Below, in pieces: positions 22,107 through 32,611 of a stretch of DNA of 64,000 bases. The position numbers and the translations under genes were made by a program. The stretch lies in the NCBI GenBank assembly GCA_000004985.1, contig GG738913.1, one strand, 5' to 3'. This DNA comes from Naegleria gruberi (Eukaryota). The stretch's first letter is position 1; each line of letters starts with the position of its first letter. Under the pieces are notes generated by a model. The model was not told the DNA's origin, searched no databases, and was given only the letters and a program-made list of their open reading frames with translations.

Positions 22107-24503
22107 TTAGCATTTAAAATTTATATTTGAGATTTCGACTGGAACACAATTAAGACAGGAAAGACTGTTGATTGAATAGTGAAGGGTAGTTCTATAATTC
22201 TTGCAAAGTTCAAAAAGTGCATTATCCGAATCTTTCGAATAATCTAAAAGAAAGTTCAGAACATAGATTATTCTATTGGCAACTAGGGTATCTGAAGGAT
22301 TTTCATCAATATATCTTTGAAAGATTCGTCTACTTTCTCTAACTTTCTCTGAAAAGTTTGCTTCTTCACTTTCCACTTCGAATATTGAAACGAAAGCATT
22401 TTGTAAACTTTTGAATTGAGAATTACAATTCGATTGTTCCAATTCGTACAGCCATTCGTCAGGATTAATCGAATTTTCTCTCAAAATTTCATGAACTGAA
22501 ATTAAATGTTTCGTTTTTGAATTGAAAATTTCCATTTCCAGTCGGTCAACTGGCCTCAACACGTATTGATTGATTATAATGGGAGATACTGAACCACTGT
22601 CCACCAAAATTTTACAATCGAGAGTTTGCCCAAAGGTGGCCAATTTTCTGGCGTTCTGAACTATAGGCCCAACAATCGAATAAGAACGAAGCGAATTGCT
22701 ACCTACATTTCCAACAAATGCCATATCTGTAAAAATTCCTATCGAATAACAAAGTTTTCTTTCAGATTTACCATGAATATTATCTAAAATCTTGCAAATC
22801 TTTAGACTTGCTTCGATTGCACTTGATTCACATTTCTTATTTCCATCGACAAAAGTGAGCTGATATTCGTCCATGCTAAAAATGTGTAAATCCGAAACTT
22901 GCATTGTTTTGCAAAGAGTTGAGAGTCCGTTAGCAATTTTGGAAAAGATATTCGAAAGATCATGGGCTGATGTGTCTTCGTTGAAGCCAAATAATTTTAC
23001 GTTTACAACGCTAATTCTGGAATAGTTTAAACCTAATTTGAATAAACTTCCTGTGGTGATTTTTGAACTATTTTGAGAGGAAGTTGTAGAGTTTCGTAAA
23101 GTGGAGGTCTTGATCATTTTGGAAGTGCCAATTTCTGAGGAAACTTTGATGGATTGTTGATCCTTTTCGAATAAGGAAGGTTTCCACTCAACCTGTTCGA
23201 AATTCTTCAATTGATTAAAAACATTTTCTGGAAGAAAGGATTTAAATTCGTTCAGCCAAGTTACCATGTCAAATAAATGTTCATAAATACTATCCACTTC
23301 TTTGAATTTGCTAGAATTGAAATTACATGACTTCAAGTCAAAAGTTTTGATTTTCAAGAATTGATTTTCCAAGAATCGAAGAGGGTCTGTTACCAAATGA
23401 CCAATGATAAAACTACACACCACTCCAAATACTATCACTACAATAGCAACTCCCACAGAAATGCCAGAATTAATATTTGTAGTTTTTTCGACATCTGACT
23501 TGAAGACAACCATGTAGAGAATCCAGTGCACGTTCAAAAACTTGTAATCAACTTTTGAAATATCATAACCAACCCCCAGGCTATATATCTGAAAGAATGA
23601 AGGAATTTCTTTTAAATTACCATATTGGGAGCGAACATCTTTCATCAGTTGACCAGCATCTTTGTCAGTTAAATCAAATATCGAAACCCTTGATCTCCCT
23701 TCACTTGAAGATGAGTTAATTGATGCTCCAATAACCAAATCATTCAATTCTGCCAGTATAACATATCCATTTCCAATTAAGGTTAATTCTTGTAAAAATT
23801 CTTGAATGGAATTCAACATTAGATTCGATTTTGCAATTCCAATCAGCTGCTTTTGTCTAGTATGTAGATAATGTGAAGAGTTATATATTTTGGTGGAGCA
23901 GTAAATTGCCATTCCAGAGTTGACCACCAAATATGGTTCACCAATGATTACATTTGTTTGTAATTCCTCAAATAGTTGTAAACTCTGATTCCAGTAAGGT
24001 TGTTCTGTAACATGATAGGTAGAAGAATCATTTCTAAAAACACTAGTTGTGCTTCCATCTGTTTCGTTAACATTCCAAAAGATTATTCCCTCGTTTAGTT
24101 TCTCTAAATAGGTCAGTATTGTATTTGGTGGATAACCAGTCAAGGTATAGGTATACAATTGATCAGGATAGAAAACTCCCAATCCAGACGATTTAAAAAT
24201 CTTGTATTTCTCATACAAATAAACAAGTTTCGGTTTTTCTCCAATTACTCCATTATTAATGTCAGCTGCCAAGCTCATTGACAGCTTGATATGTGGTTCT
24301 ATCTCTGAATTGATATAAGAAACTGTTTTATCCCCCACCTTTCCTATCAAATCTTTTGTCATGTTTTGAAGAGCATTCGTAGATCCCACAAATGAAGCCA
24401 ACCAAACAAATATTGAACAAGTTATCAATAGGATAACTATTAGAAAGGTAATAAAAGCTCTCATTGATATGAATCCCATGCATGCGATGGGTTTCTTTTC
24501 CAT
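22107..24503 (-). CDS. receptor-type class III adenylyl/guanylyl cyclase: N-terminal signal-anchor, large extracytoplasmic domain, TM, C-terminal cyclase catalytic domain
   Basis: 798-aa ORF. TM1 FITFLIVILLITCSIFVWLASFV. TM2 ISVGVAIVVIVFGVVCSFIIGHLV. C-terminal region fits the class III cyclase core: ...KLFGFNEDTSA...FSMDEYQLTFVDGN...RKLCYSIGIFTDMAFVGNVGSNSLRSYSIVGPIVQNARKLATFGQ...ILVDS (R.GI..G.v..G.vG...r..Y...G..VN.A.R pattern). Confidence 0.8.
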   Translation of the reverse strand: MEKKPIACMGFISMRAFITFLIVILLITCSIFVWLASFVGSTNALQNMTKDLIGKVGDKTVSYINSEIEPHIKLSMSLAADINNGVIGEKPKLVYLYEKYKIFKSSGLGVFYPDQLYTYTLTGYPPNTILTYLEKLNEGIIFWNVNETDGSTTSVFRNDSSTYHVTEQPYWNQSLQLFEELQTNVIIGEPYLVVNSGMAIYCSTKIYNSSHYLHTRQKQLIGIAKSNLMLNSIQEFLQELTLIGNGYVILAELNDLVIGASINSSSSEGRSRVSIFDLTDKDAGQLMKDVRSQYGNLKEIPSFFQIYSLGVGYDISKVDYKFLNVHWILYMVVFKSDVEKTTNINSGISVGVAIVVIVFGVVCSFIIGHLVTDPLRFLENQFLKIKTFDLKSCNFNSSKFKEVDSIYEHLFDMVTWLNEFKSFLPENVFNQLKNFEQVEWKPSLFEKDQQSIKVSSEIGTSKMIKTSTLRNSTTSSQNSSKITTGSLFKLGLNYSRISVVNVKLFGFNEDTSAHDLSNIFSKIANGLSTLCKTMQVSDLHIFSMDEYQLTFVDGNKKCESSAIEASLKICKILDNIHGKSERKLCYSIGIFTDMAFVGNVGSNSLRSYSIVGPIVQNARKLATFGQTLDCKILVDSGSVSPIIINQYVLRPVDRLEMEIFNSKTKHLISVHEILRENSINPDEWLYELEQSNCNSQFKSLQNAFVSIFEVESEEANFSEKVRESRRIFQRYIDENPSDTLVANRIIYVLNFLLDYSKDSDNALFELCKNYRTTLHYSINSLSCLNCVPVEISNINFKC

Positions 24504-25108
24504 TAGCTTTTCCTTTTCGTCTGTTTCTGAATGATTTGAACTTTCTTCAGAACTTTCGTCTTGTTTCTTTCAAAACATTAGCTACAGAGAGATTTTGAAA
24601 ACTTACTGGTTCATAAGGAATAATTTGAATGGTCATCTTTTTTTAAAGTTATTTTAGCTATTATCATTGCTAATCATCATTACATAACTACCCAAATAAG
24701 GTCAATTGAGTTTTTAGCATGGTACTGAAGTTTTTGCTTGATGGCAGGTGACAGACCTTTGATGTCTTCATTCTTTCATTTATCCATTTACGATTTGAAA
24801 TTTTGTGATTTTCATTTTTTATTGTAAATGTTATTGTAAACTTTGAAAATTAGTTTCGAATCAAAAAATTACATAAATTTAATCTGTTCAATTTTCATAC
24901 AATGAAAAACTTGAAGTATCATTGTAAAAAACAAAGAAAATTAGGAGTATTGAAAAAAAACTCCTCAATTTTCACGCAACTCCCCCGCAATTTCTCCCAC
25001 ATCCACACTCAACCTTTGGGAAGAATCCTGTAATCCAAACATGCATTGCAAAATCTCAACATTTTCACTCCGTTCCAAACCAACTCCGTAATTTGAAAAC
25101 TAAAAAAA

Positions 25109-27017
25109 ATGCAAAAATTCAACGCCGGCGTTCTGTTGATGACCCTAATGGTCGCCATCAGCATGCTCCTGTTATTAACGAGCCAATCAGTGAGAGCCGA
25201 TTTGCCAGTCCATTGCTTGTATAATTCCACAGCTCCTGGAGTTTGGGAATTTGAATTGACTGATCAAAACATGAGTGGAGATGATGTTGCTGCCAAGTGC
25301 GATATTCGTGCTCCAATTCAAGCAACCCGTACAATGAAAGTCTATTTGCAAATGCCAGATATTGCCATTGATGAGAAGGGAAATACTGGATTCTTTACTT
25401 TGGTTTATGATCAAGGCTTTGAAGTTGTTGTTGGTGGAAATAAGTATTGGGCCTTTTTTAATTATACAACTGCTGGAAAGGGTATGTTTTTATTAATATT
25501 CAATGATAACAATAACAAAATTAATATCATCATTTTCATTAATTAATTAATCATGATGATGAAATTTAATAATTAATTTTATGATGATGCAAATAATTTT
25601 GATTGGATGCGGAATGTGGTATGATGGATAATTAAATATCTAATGATTTTTTGCATGATTTTTGTGCAATGCAATGATGTTGATGTGGTGAATATGAACA
25701 TACAGACTCTCAAGGAAATGACATTATCATTTCAAACTGTGATCGTACTTTCACTGGTTGGTATCATGAAGCTAAGGTCAAGGCCAAGTCTTGGGGATGT
25801 TACAGAGCCAGAAGACTCTCATTGCTCCAAGGATCTACTGCTACTCCAAATAAGTTTACTCATACTGTTGCTCCTAGACCAAACTATAAGGGAATGGTTT
25901 TCAAGAATGACATGTCTTTGATTAATGATTTGAATGCTTTGCATGCTAAGGGAGAAATCTCATGGAAGGCCAAGCCAATGCAAGAATGGGAAAATCAACC
26001 ACTTGAAACTGTTGTTCCAAAATTCGGTCAAAGAAGTGAATCTTTCAGATTGAAGCAACGTAGAGAACATACCAAGTTTATGAGAGCTAAATTCGGTGAA
26101 CAAGCCAACAAGAAGGTCTTGCTCGAATTGAGAAGTGAAGATTTCAGCAAGGCTGCTGGTAACTTGACTTTCCATCATTTGAGAGATATTGCTGCTAAGG
26201 GTTTCGTTTCCATTCCAAAAGCTTTTGACTGGAGAAATGTCAATGGTCAAGACTTTGTTTCACCAATTAGATCCCAAGGTCAATGCGGATCTTGCTACAG
26301 GTAAGTTTAGTTTTTGAGAATTTGTTGAAATTTAACGAATTACTTGAACAGTTTTTCAACAACTGCCATGATGGAAGCCAGAAAGAGAGTTTTCACTCAA
26401 AACAAGGAACAACCAGTTTACAGTCCAGAAAATATCATTTCATGCTCTTTCTACTCTCAAGGATGTGATGGTGGTTTTGCCTATCTCAGTAAGTAATATT
26501 ATTTAATATTTCGGTTTGATTAATCAAAAATATAGTTTCCAAATGGGGTGAAGACTTTGGAATTATCGCTGAGCAATGTGATCCATACACTGGAACTCCA
26601 CACAAGTGCAATCTCAATCAAGCTTGTTCAACCAGACAATACTGGACCAATTATAGATATACTGGTGGTTATTATGGTGCTGTCACTGTTGAAAATATGC
26701 AATTGGATGTCTTAAAGTATGGTCCACTTTCTGTCTCTATGGAAGTTTACAATGATCTCTTCAATTATCACAGTGGTATTTATAGACATGTTTCATCATC
26801 AAAGCTTACTTCTCCAGTTCCAAATCCATTCGAACTCACTAACCATGTTGTTTTGATTGTTGGTTGGGGTGAAAATGAAAAGGGCGAAAAATATTGGATT
26901 GTCAAGAACAGTTGGGGAACATCATTTGGAATGGATGGTTATTTCTTGATTGCTAGAGGTGTTGATGAATGTGCTATTGAATCTGAAAATGCTTCTGCTA
27001 TTCCAACTCAACCATAA
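25109..27017 (+). CDS. CTSC: cathepsin C / dipeptidyl peptidase I (papain-family cysteine protease with N-terminal exclusion domain); 4 exons: 25109-25481, 25706-26300, 26352-26488, 26536-27017
   Basis: Exon 1 has a signal peptide and the exclusion-domain signature DLPVHCLYNSTAPGVWEFELTD...YLQMPDIAIDEKGNTGFFTLVYDQGFEVVVGGNKYWAFFNY. Donor AAGG|GTATGT. The 224-nt intron has no AG until the acceptor ATACAG at 25705. Exon 2 gives ...TFTGWYHEAKVKAKSWGCY...DWRNVNGQDFVSPIRSQGQCGSCY (active-site Cys). Exon 3 gives SFSTTAMMEARKRV...CSFYSQGCDGGFAYL. Exon 4 gives ...PNPFELTNHVVLIVGWGENEKGEKYWIVKNSWGTSFGMDGYFLIARGVDECAIES (His and Asn catalytic residues). Phases are consistent at all junctions. Confidence 0.9.
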
Positions 27018-27475
27018 ATTGATCATTTGGAATAAACAATTTAAATTTTTGAATCATATATTGGATTAAGGAAAATCAACTATCTTTGTAATTCTTTCAA
27101 GCGATAAAAAGTTGTGGAAGTGAAAGTGGCTTCGATCCACTGCCTCAGAATCAACAAATGCAGGTGTTCTTTTGTGTTCTCCCTGACTGAACTATTCACC
27201 TCCAACCATCTCTGTAATTTTCTCTCCATGTGAACTTGCATGTACAAGAAAAAACTTCACATTGTGGTTCTCAAATTTTTAATAATTCATATAAACAGTT
27301 AACACAAAATTGTTAATTTTTCCACATTGCCACTCCTAACCGAAATGATAAGGTATATTCTCCATCAAATTTTCTTTAATTTAACCGATTACACATTTTG
27401 CATCCTCATCAAATAATCAAAAAATNNNNNNNNNNNNNNNNNNNNNNNNNNNNNNNNNNNNNNNNNNNNNNNNNN

Positions 27476-28963
27476 TGGAAGCAAGTAGTAGAATTGGAGG
27501 AAGAGTTTGTTCCGATGCCGAGAGAGGAATTGAAATTGGAGGTATGTTCATGATGAAATTGTCCCATATTTAAATATTTAAATATTCGTGTGGGAAATAT
27601 TTAAATATTCATGTGAAAATTATGAAAATTATAATGTCAAATAATGTGTGAAATTGAATTGATGAAAAAATTCCATGACAGGTGAATTTGTTCATGGAGA
27701 AGGAAGCATGTTGTGGGATGTGATGGTGAATCAATTGAAAGTTCCACTCAAATTTACTCATGATCTTTCAAAGGAAACTCCAAAGGAATGTGGATTGGGA
27801 ATGTTGATTGGTAGGTTTTCTTCCAAATGAGTTTAGGATGACATCTATTCGTATAATACTAATAATTATTCAAAACAGATGGTAAAATTGTTGAAATGGA
27901 TAGTCCAATATTCCAAAAGGTTTTGGAAATTCTTGGACAATTGACTGCTGATGATGAATTAAAATCATCTAAGGATATGACTTTGAAGGAATGGCTCATT
28001 TGGAGAGATGTTCCACAACAATATCACTTGTTGATTGATTCAATTCTTGCTCAAACCAATTCAAGCTGTCTCCATACTCACAGTGCTAAGGGAGCTCAAG
28101 AAGAAGATTTGAATGGTGAATCCAATCCTCAAATTGGTTACGGAAATTATCACATTCAAGGAAAGAATACTATGGAACATTCATTAATTCCATACTTGAC
28201 CAAAAATATCAAGAAGAATCAAATCAAATTGAATTATATTGTTCAATCCATTGATTACAGTTCTAAATTAATCAAAATTAATGGAGGAGAAATTACCTGT
28301 GATAAGATTATTCTCACAGTTCCATTGACCACATTGAGAAATCGTTTGATTCAATTCACCCCTGAATTGTCACCATTGAGAAAACACTTGATTCAAAATC
28401 AATTCCACATGCACGGAGGTTGCAAGATTATTCTCGGTTTTAAGAAACCATTCTGGAAGGATCAAATTCCAAATGTGAATGTTGTCTGTGTGGGAGATCA
28501 AGATCCACTCATTTCTCAATTCTGGTTCTCATCCACATCAAAGGAACAAACTGAAAAATATGGACATATCATTACTGGTTTCTCAATGAGTAATAGAGCT
28601 GATAATGGACTGATTTTGGGAGAGGAAGAAATCAAGGATCACTTTAGAAAATTCATTCAAAAGACCTTTGATTTAAATGATAAAAATGATGGATTCATTG
28701 GTGGAAAGATTCGTAATTGGCAAGATGTTCAACACGTTGCAGGCGCCTATTCATTTGCCTACACAAGTGACTCATCGAGAAGAAACTATATTAAAAATCC
28801 AAGAGTTCTCCTCTCTCAACCAATTGATTCCAAGCTTTACTTTGCCGGAGAATTATACTGTGCTCACTCTCCTGCCACTATTCACGGAGCTATGGAAACT
28901 GGAAGAGATGCTGCTTTGAGATTGATTAATGAAAGTTCTCCTCAAAGAGTTAGCAAACTTTAA
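27476..28963 (+). CDS. flavin-containing amine oxidase (polyamine/monoamine-oxidase-like), 5' end lost in the N-gap at 27426-27475; exons 27476-27541, 27682-27810, 27879-28963
   Basis: EASSRIGGRVCSDAERGIEIGG|EFVHGEGSMLWDVM... matches the amine-oxidase motif E...R.GGR...G.......G..W.HG. C-terminal LYFAGELYCAHSPATIHGAMETGRDAALRL is the typical amine-oxidase end. Donors GTATGT and GTAGGT; acceptors GACAG and AAACAG; phases consistent. The FAD GxGxxG N-terminus presumably lies in the gap. Confidence 0.8.
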
Positions 28964-29049
28964 ATTAAACACAATTTTCAAAATCAAAAACCTTAACCAT
29001 TATTCTTCTTAATACTATTAACAGATTACAACATACTGGTGAGAAAAAA

Positions 29050-30330
29050 ATGCAACATTGGTTAGTTGGTGATTTGATATCTGTGATTGCTCCATTCCTC
29101 TCCGTCCGAGAGAGGATAATCTTTACTAGAATCAACAGGACATGGTATCATACAATTCACATGTTGCAAAATATGTGGAAGGATGTTTATTGCAATTTAT
29201 ATCAATTTGATAGGACTGTTGATCCTTTTCCAATAGATGATGACTGTGATGATGAAATGGACAATGAAAATACGGATTGGTTCAAAAAGCTATGCACTTG
29301 TTTCAACAAGTTCCCTAAAAAGATTAAAATTGAAATCAAAATGGAAAACTCGGAACAAATAATATCATCCAAAAAGTTTGATTCTACATGTTATGGAAAT
29401 ATAAATCTAATATTTCCATGGAGTTTGGACATTCTAGAGGGTAAAATTGAAAGATATCAAATGGCATTACAAGATGGCCAAGAAGCTGATCTCTGTGTAT
29501 TCCAAGAATGTTCCACCTATTTCCAATTCAATTTTAATTTGAGAGAATACTATGATGATATCAGATCTATTCATGGTGCCCAGGCAGCACGTTCCAAGCT
29601 AAAGAGCATTTACACTTGTTGTTTGTTCTATGAAATTATGAGTTTGGGACATTATGTTCCCAATCTCTTTCAAGATCAAGCAAGAATACATCCTTGCTCA
29701 CTTTCTTCAGAGAATAGCACTCGAGTACCACTTGCTACTCTACTATTTGCCACTCTCAATGATTGCTATCCTTGGGAGGATCTAGAGGATTTAGATTACT
29801 GTAATATTTCTCCAAACTTTGATGGTCCTGCTTGTTTGTGGTTATCGAGTGATAAATTCATGGAAATTATAGAGTCAATCTATTTCGACTTTGAGGAGAA
29901 GGAATTTAATCAATTAGAGAAGGAAACATTCAAGGCATTTGGTAGAATTGATGGTCAAAGTCCGTCTTTNNNNNNNNNNNNNNNNNNNNNNNNNNNNNNN
30001 NNNNNNNNNNNNNNNNNNNCATTGGTTAGTTGGTGATTTGATATCTGTGATTACTCCATTCCTCTCCGTCCGAGAGAGGATAATCTGTACTAGAATCAAC
30101 AGGAATTTAATCAATTAGAGAAGGAAACATTCAAGGCATTTGGTAGAATTGATGGTCAAAGTCCGTTCTTTTACTTTGATGCCGGAGGAGTAATTGAAGA
30201 GGTTATACACAATGTAAGCTTTGAAATTGTTCAGCCTCAATCTGCTTCTTCTTTATTGGATGCCATCGATGAGGAGGGAAAGAAGAGCATTGTGAAGGTA
30301 ACGAGGCAGGAAGCAAGAAGTTTTTTTTGA
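29050..30330 (+). CDS. hypothetical protein with N-terminal F-box-like segment; interrupted by the gap at 29970-30019 and an assembly-duplicated segment
   Basis: ORF MQHWLVGDLISVIAPFLSVRERIIFTRINRTWYH... (F-box-like L..DL...I..FL). It continues after the gap as ...FGRIDGQSPFFYFDAGGVIEEVIHNVSFEIV...SIVKVTRQEARSFF*, with TGA at 30328-30330. Gene-model continuity across the gap is uncertain. Confidence 0.45.
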
Positions 30331-30723
30331 ATGGAAATTAATAATTGGCGCGGTATGAAATTAACGACAAAACTAGCCGTTACATTTTTAAAATATTAAA
30401 TTTTTTAAATTTTTAGAACAAGAAGCGGAAAAGAAGGACGACAATTAACTGCGCTTTCTAGTAAAGAAGTAAAATGTGTGAAATTATATTGTTACTAGTA
30501 GGAGTCAATTTCGTTTCATTCCGAGGAGCTTGATATTTATTTTCCAACAAGAAAAAACTAACCAGACACTTCTTTCCCATTCAAGCTTACTTTCACCTCA
30601 TACAATTTCATCATGATTCCTTAGCCTTTGATTACCATCATCATCATCATGATCAATTAGATTACGATAATCTTTACAGCTGACTATGATGATGGAAAAG
30701 ATGAAAAAGACAAACAACAAAAA

Positions 30724-32193
30724 ATGACCATAGATTCGACTTGGTCCCAACTCGTTGATATGTTGATCAAGGATTATTATTCAACATCATCATACGGAAC
30801 ATTTTCATCTATACTACACAACAGTGTTGGTGGTCAGAATCATCATACGGATCAAAATATAGAAGAATATGCATCGACAAGAACTTCATGGTTATTATCA
30901 TCACTATTTGGAAGTTTGTCTTTTGATACCAATAATAATAATTATGTAAATTATAATAATGATGGAGAAATGTATAATAATAATGGTGGATATTCTATTT
31001 TACAATCAGTGTCGAATACTACAGCTACACAGACAGTCTCAGCTATTTTGGATCATTTTCCTCCGTGGATGTGTCTTGTTACCTTTACTTTGATTGTTGT
31101 CTTTTTCATTATTTGTTGCATACAAACCTATAGGATGAGTAGAAGGAAGGGAGGATCATTCGTATTGGGTAGAATTTCACTCAAGAATATTAAGAGAATT
31201 CTCTTTTGTTGTTGTTACGATTCACAATCACAAGTTTTATCGTGGAATATTCCTCTTCAATTTTCCTTTCAATTTCTCATTACTTTTGGGATTAGGACAT
31301 TACATGCCTTCTTTTTGCAATACTTTTTCGAGAGTACTTATGAACATACTTGTTTCCAATATCTTGACAGTACTACTGGAAGATTGAGAAGAACTTGTCC
31401 ATTGATTAATGTTGTGGACTCGGCAACTTCTATCATGATTAAATCAACTTACATTTTGTTGGCATTGTTTTGGGCAGAGTTGGCCTATAATGCCTCCTTC
31501 TATTACAAACCAACAAATTGTAAGAGAATGGAAAGAATTACTAGAAGACTATATTGGGCATTCATTGGATTGTACTATTTCTGTGTGAGTTGTGGATTTA
31601 TTGGATTGACATTGACTAGAACTAATCCTTCCTATTTCCTTGTAGCTATTATTCTTGTATTTGATATTAGTATTCCAATATTATTTATTGCATTCACATT
31701 TATATTGAGAGGACTTACACACAAAGTTTCTCTTCCTGTAATTATATCAAGACACTTGAAGAGAGTGTCAATTATCAGTTTAATATTGGGATTGTATCTT
31801 GGAATATTGCCAATTGTGAGAATTATTAACATGGTATTGAAGAATTTTGTTTATGCTTCAAGTGGATACAATGCTACATCCTCCATTTTGGAAGTTATCA
31901 TACAGGCACTCTTCCTCTACTTGCCATCTATTGTAATTTTTGGAATTGTTGTCGCTCCAACAAGTATCAGTTTCCTTCATGCAAATGTTGTTGATAGAAA
32001 TATTAAGGCCAATAATTGGAAATCCAAATGGAAAGCCAAACAAGCTCTAACAAGAGGAGAGGATGGATTCTACACGAGTAATGAAAATGATTATATCAGA
32101 ACAGGACTCGATGGTGTAACGTTGGGTAATTTCGATTACAAGGAAATTAGTTTGGAAGAAGATTCACGAGCTGTTATTGGTGGTGAATACTAA
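30724..32193 (+). CDS. seven-transmembrane protein (putative GPCR-like receptor), long N- and C-terminal tails
   Basis: 489-aa ORF with ~7 hydrophobic helices (WMCLVTFTLIVVFFIICCIQTY; LITFGIRTLHAFFLQYFF; YILLALFWAELAYNASFYY; LYWAFIGLYYFCVSCGFIGLTL; FLVAIILVFDISIPILFIAFTFIL; VSIISLILGLYLGILPIVRIINMVL; VIIQALFLYLPSIVIFGIVVAP). Confidence 0.65.
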   Translation: MTIDSTWSQLVDMLIKDYYSTSSYGTFSSILHNSVGGQNHHTDQNIEEYASTRTSWLLSSLFGSLSFDTNNNNYVNYNNDGEMYNNNGGYSILQSVSNTTATQTVSAILDHFPPWMCLVTFTLIVVFFIICCIQTYRMSRRKGGSFVLGRISLKNIKRILFCCCYDSQSQVLSWNIPLQFSFQFLITFGIRTLHAFFLQYFFESTYEHTCFQYLDSTTGRLRRTCPLINVVDSATSIMIKSTYILLALFWAELAYNASFYYKPTNCKRMERITRRLYWAFIGLYYFCVSCGFIGLTLTRTNPSYFLVAIILVFDISIPILFIAFTFILRGLTHKVSLPVIISRHLKRVSIISLILGLYLGILPIVRIINMVLKNFVYASSGYNATSSILEVIIQALFLYLPSIVIFGIVVAPTSISFLHANVVDRNIKANNWKSKWKAKQALTRGEDGFYTSNENDYIRTGLDGVTLGNFDYKEISLEEDSRAVIGGEY

Positions 32194-32611
32194 AGGTAAT
32201 GAACATCATTAAGGAAAATATCATTGAAACATGCGCCGACCTCGCTCATTAAACAACATGAATATTATCCAAATCTAATCTCTTCGAAACTATTCTATTG
32301 GTTTCATCGACTGTCAATATTCTTTTTTTCTAAAACTAAACCTGTCTAAACCGTATGACTACCTATCAATGGTGGACAATATTTCCAATGAGAGGCCTTC
32401 ACGTCCAGATTAGGATAGAATTAATACCAACCAAGTTGACTAACAAACAAAAAAGAATCAAAGAAAAATTCATCACACCCAAAGCAGAGTATCGTCATGA
32501 CCAAGTCTAATCATCACCAACACATTGAAAATCACACAACAAGGCTTCCACTCACTGCCTTGTTATTTCCCACTACACCTCTGCAGACACTTTCTATTCT
32601 AAACATACCTA

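Noticed and set aside
25482-25705. Coding potential of ORF 25109-25546 beyond 25481 (…GMFLLIFNDNNNKINIIIFIN)
   Set aside because: Read-through into the first cathepsin C intron. The intron has a GTATGT donor and an AG-free tract up to the ATACAG acceptor, and exon 2 restores exclusion-domain homology.
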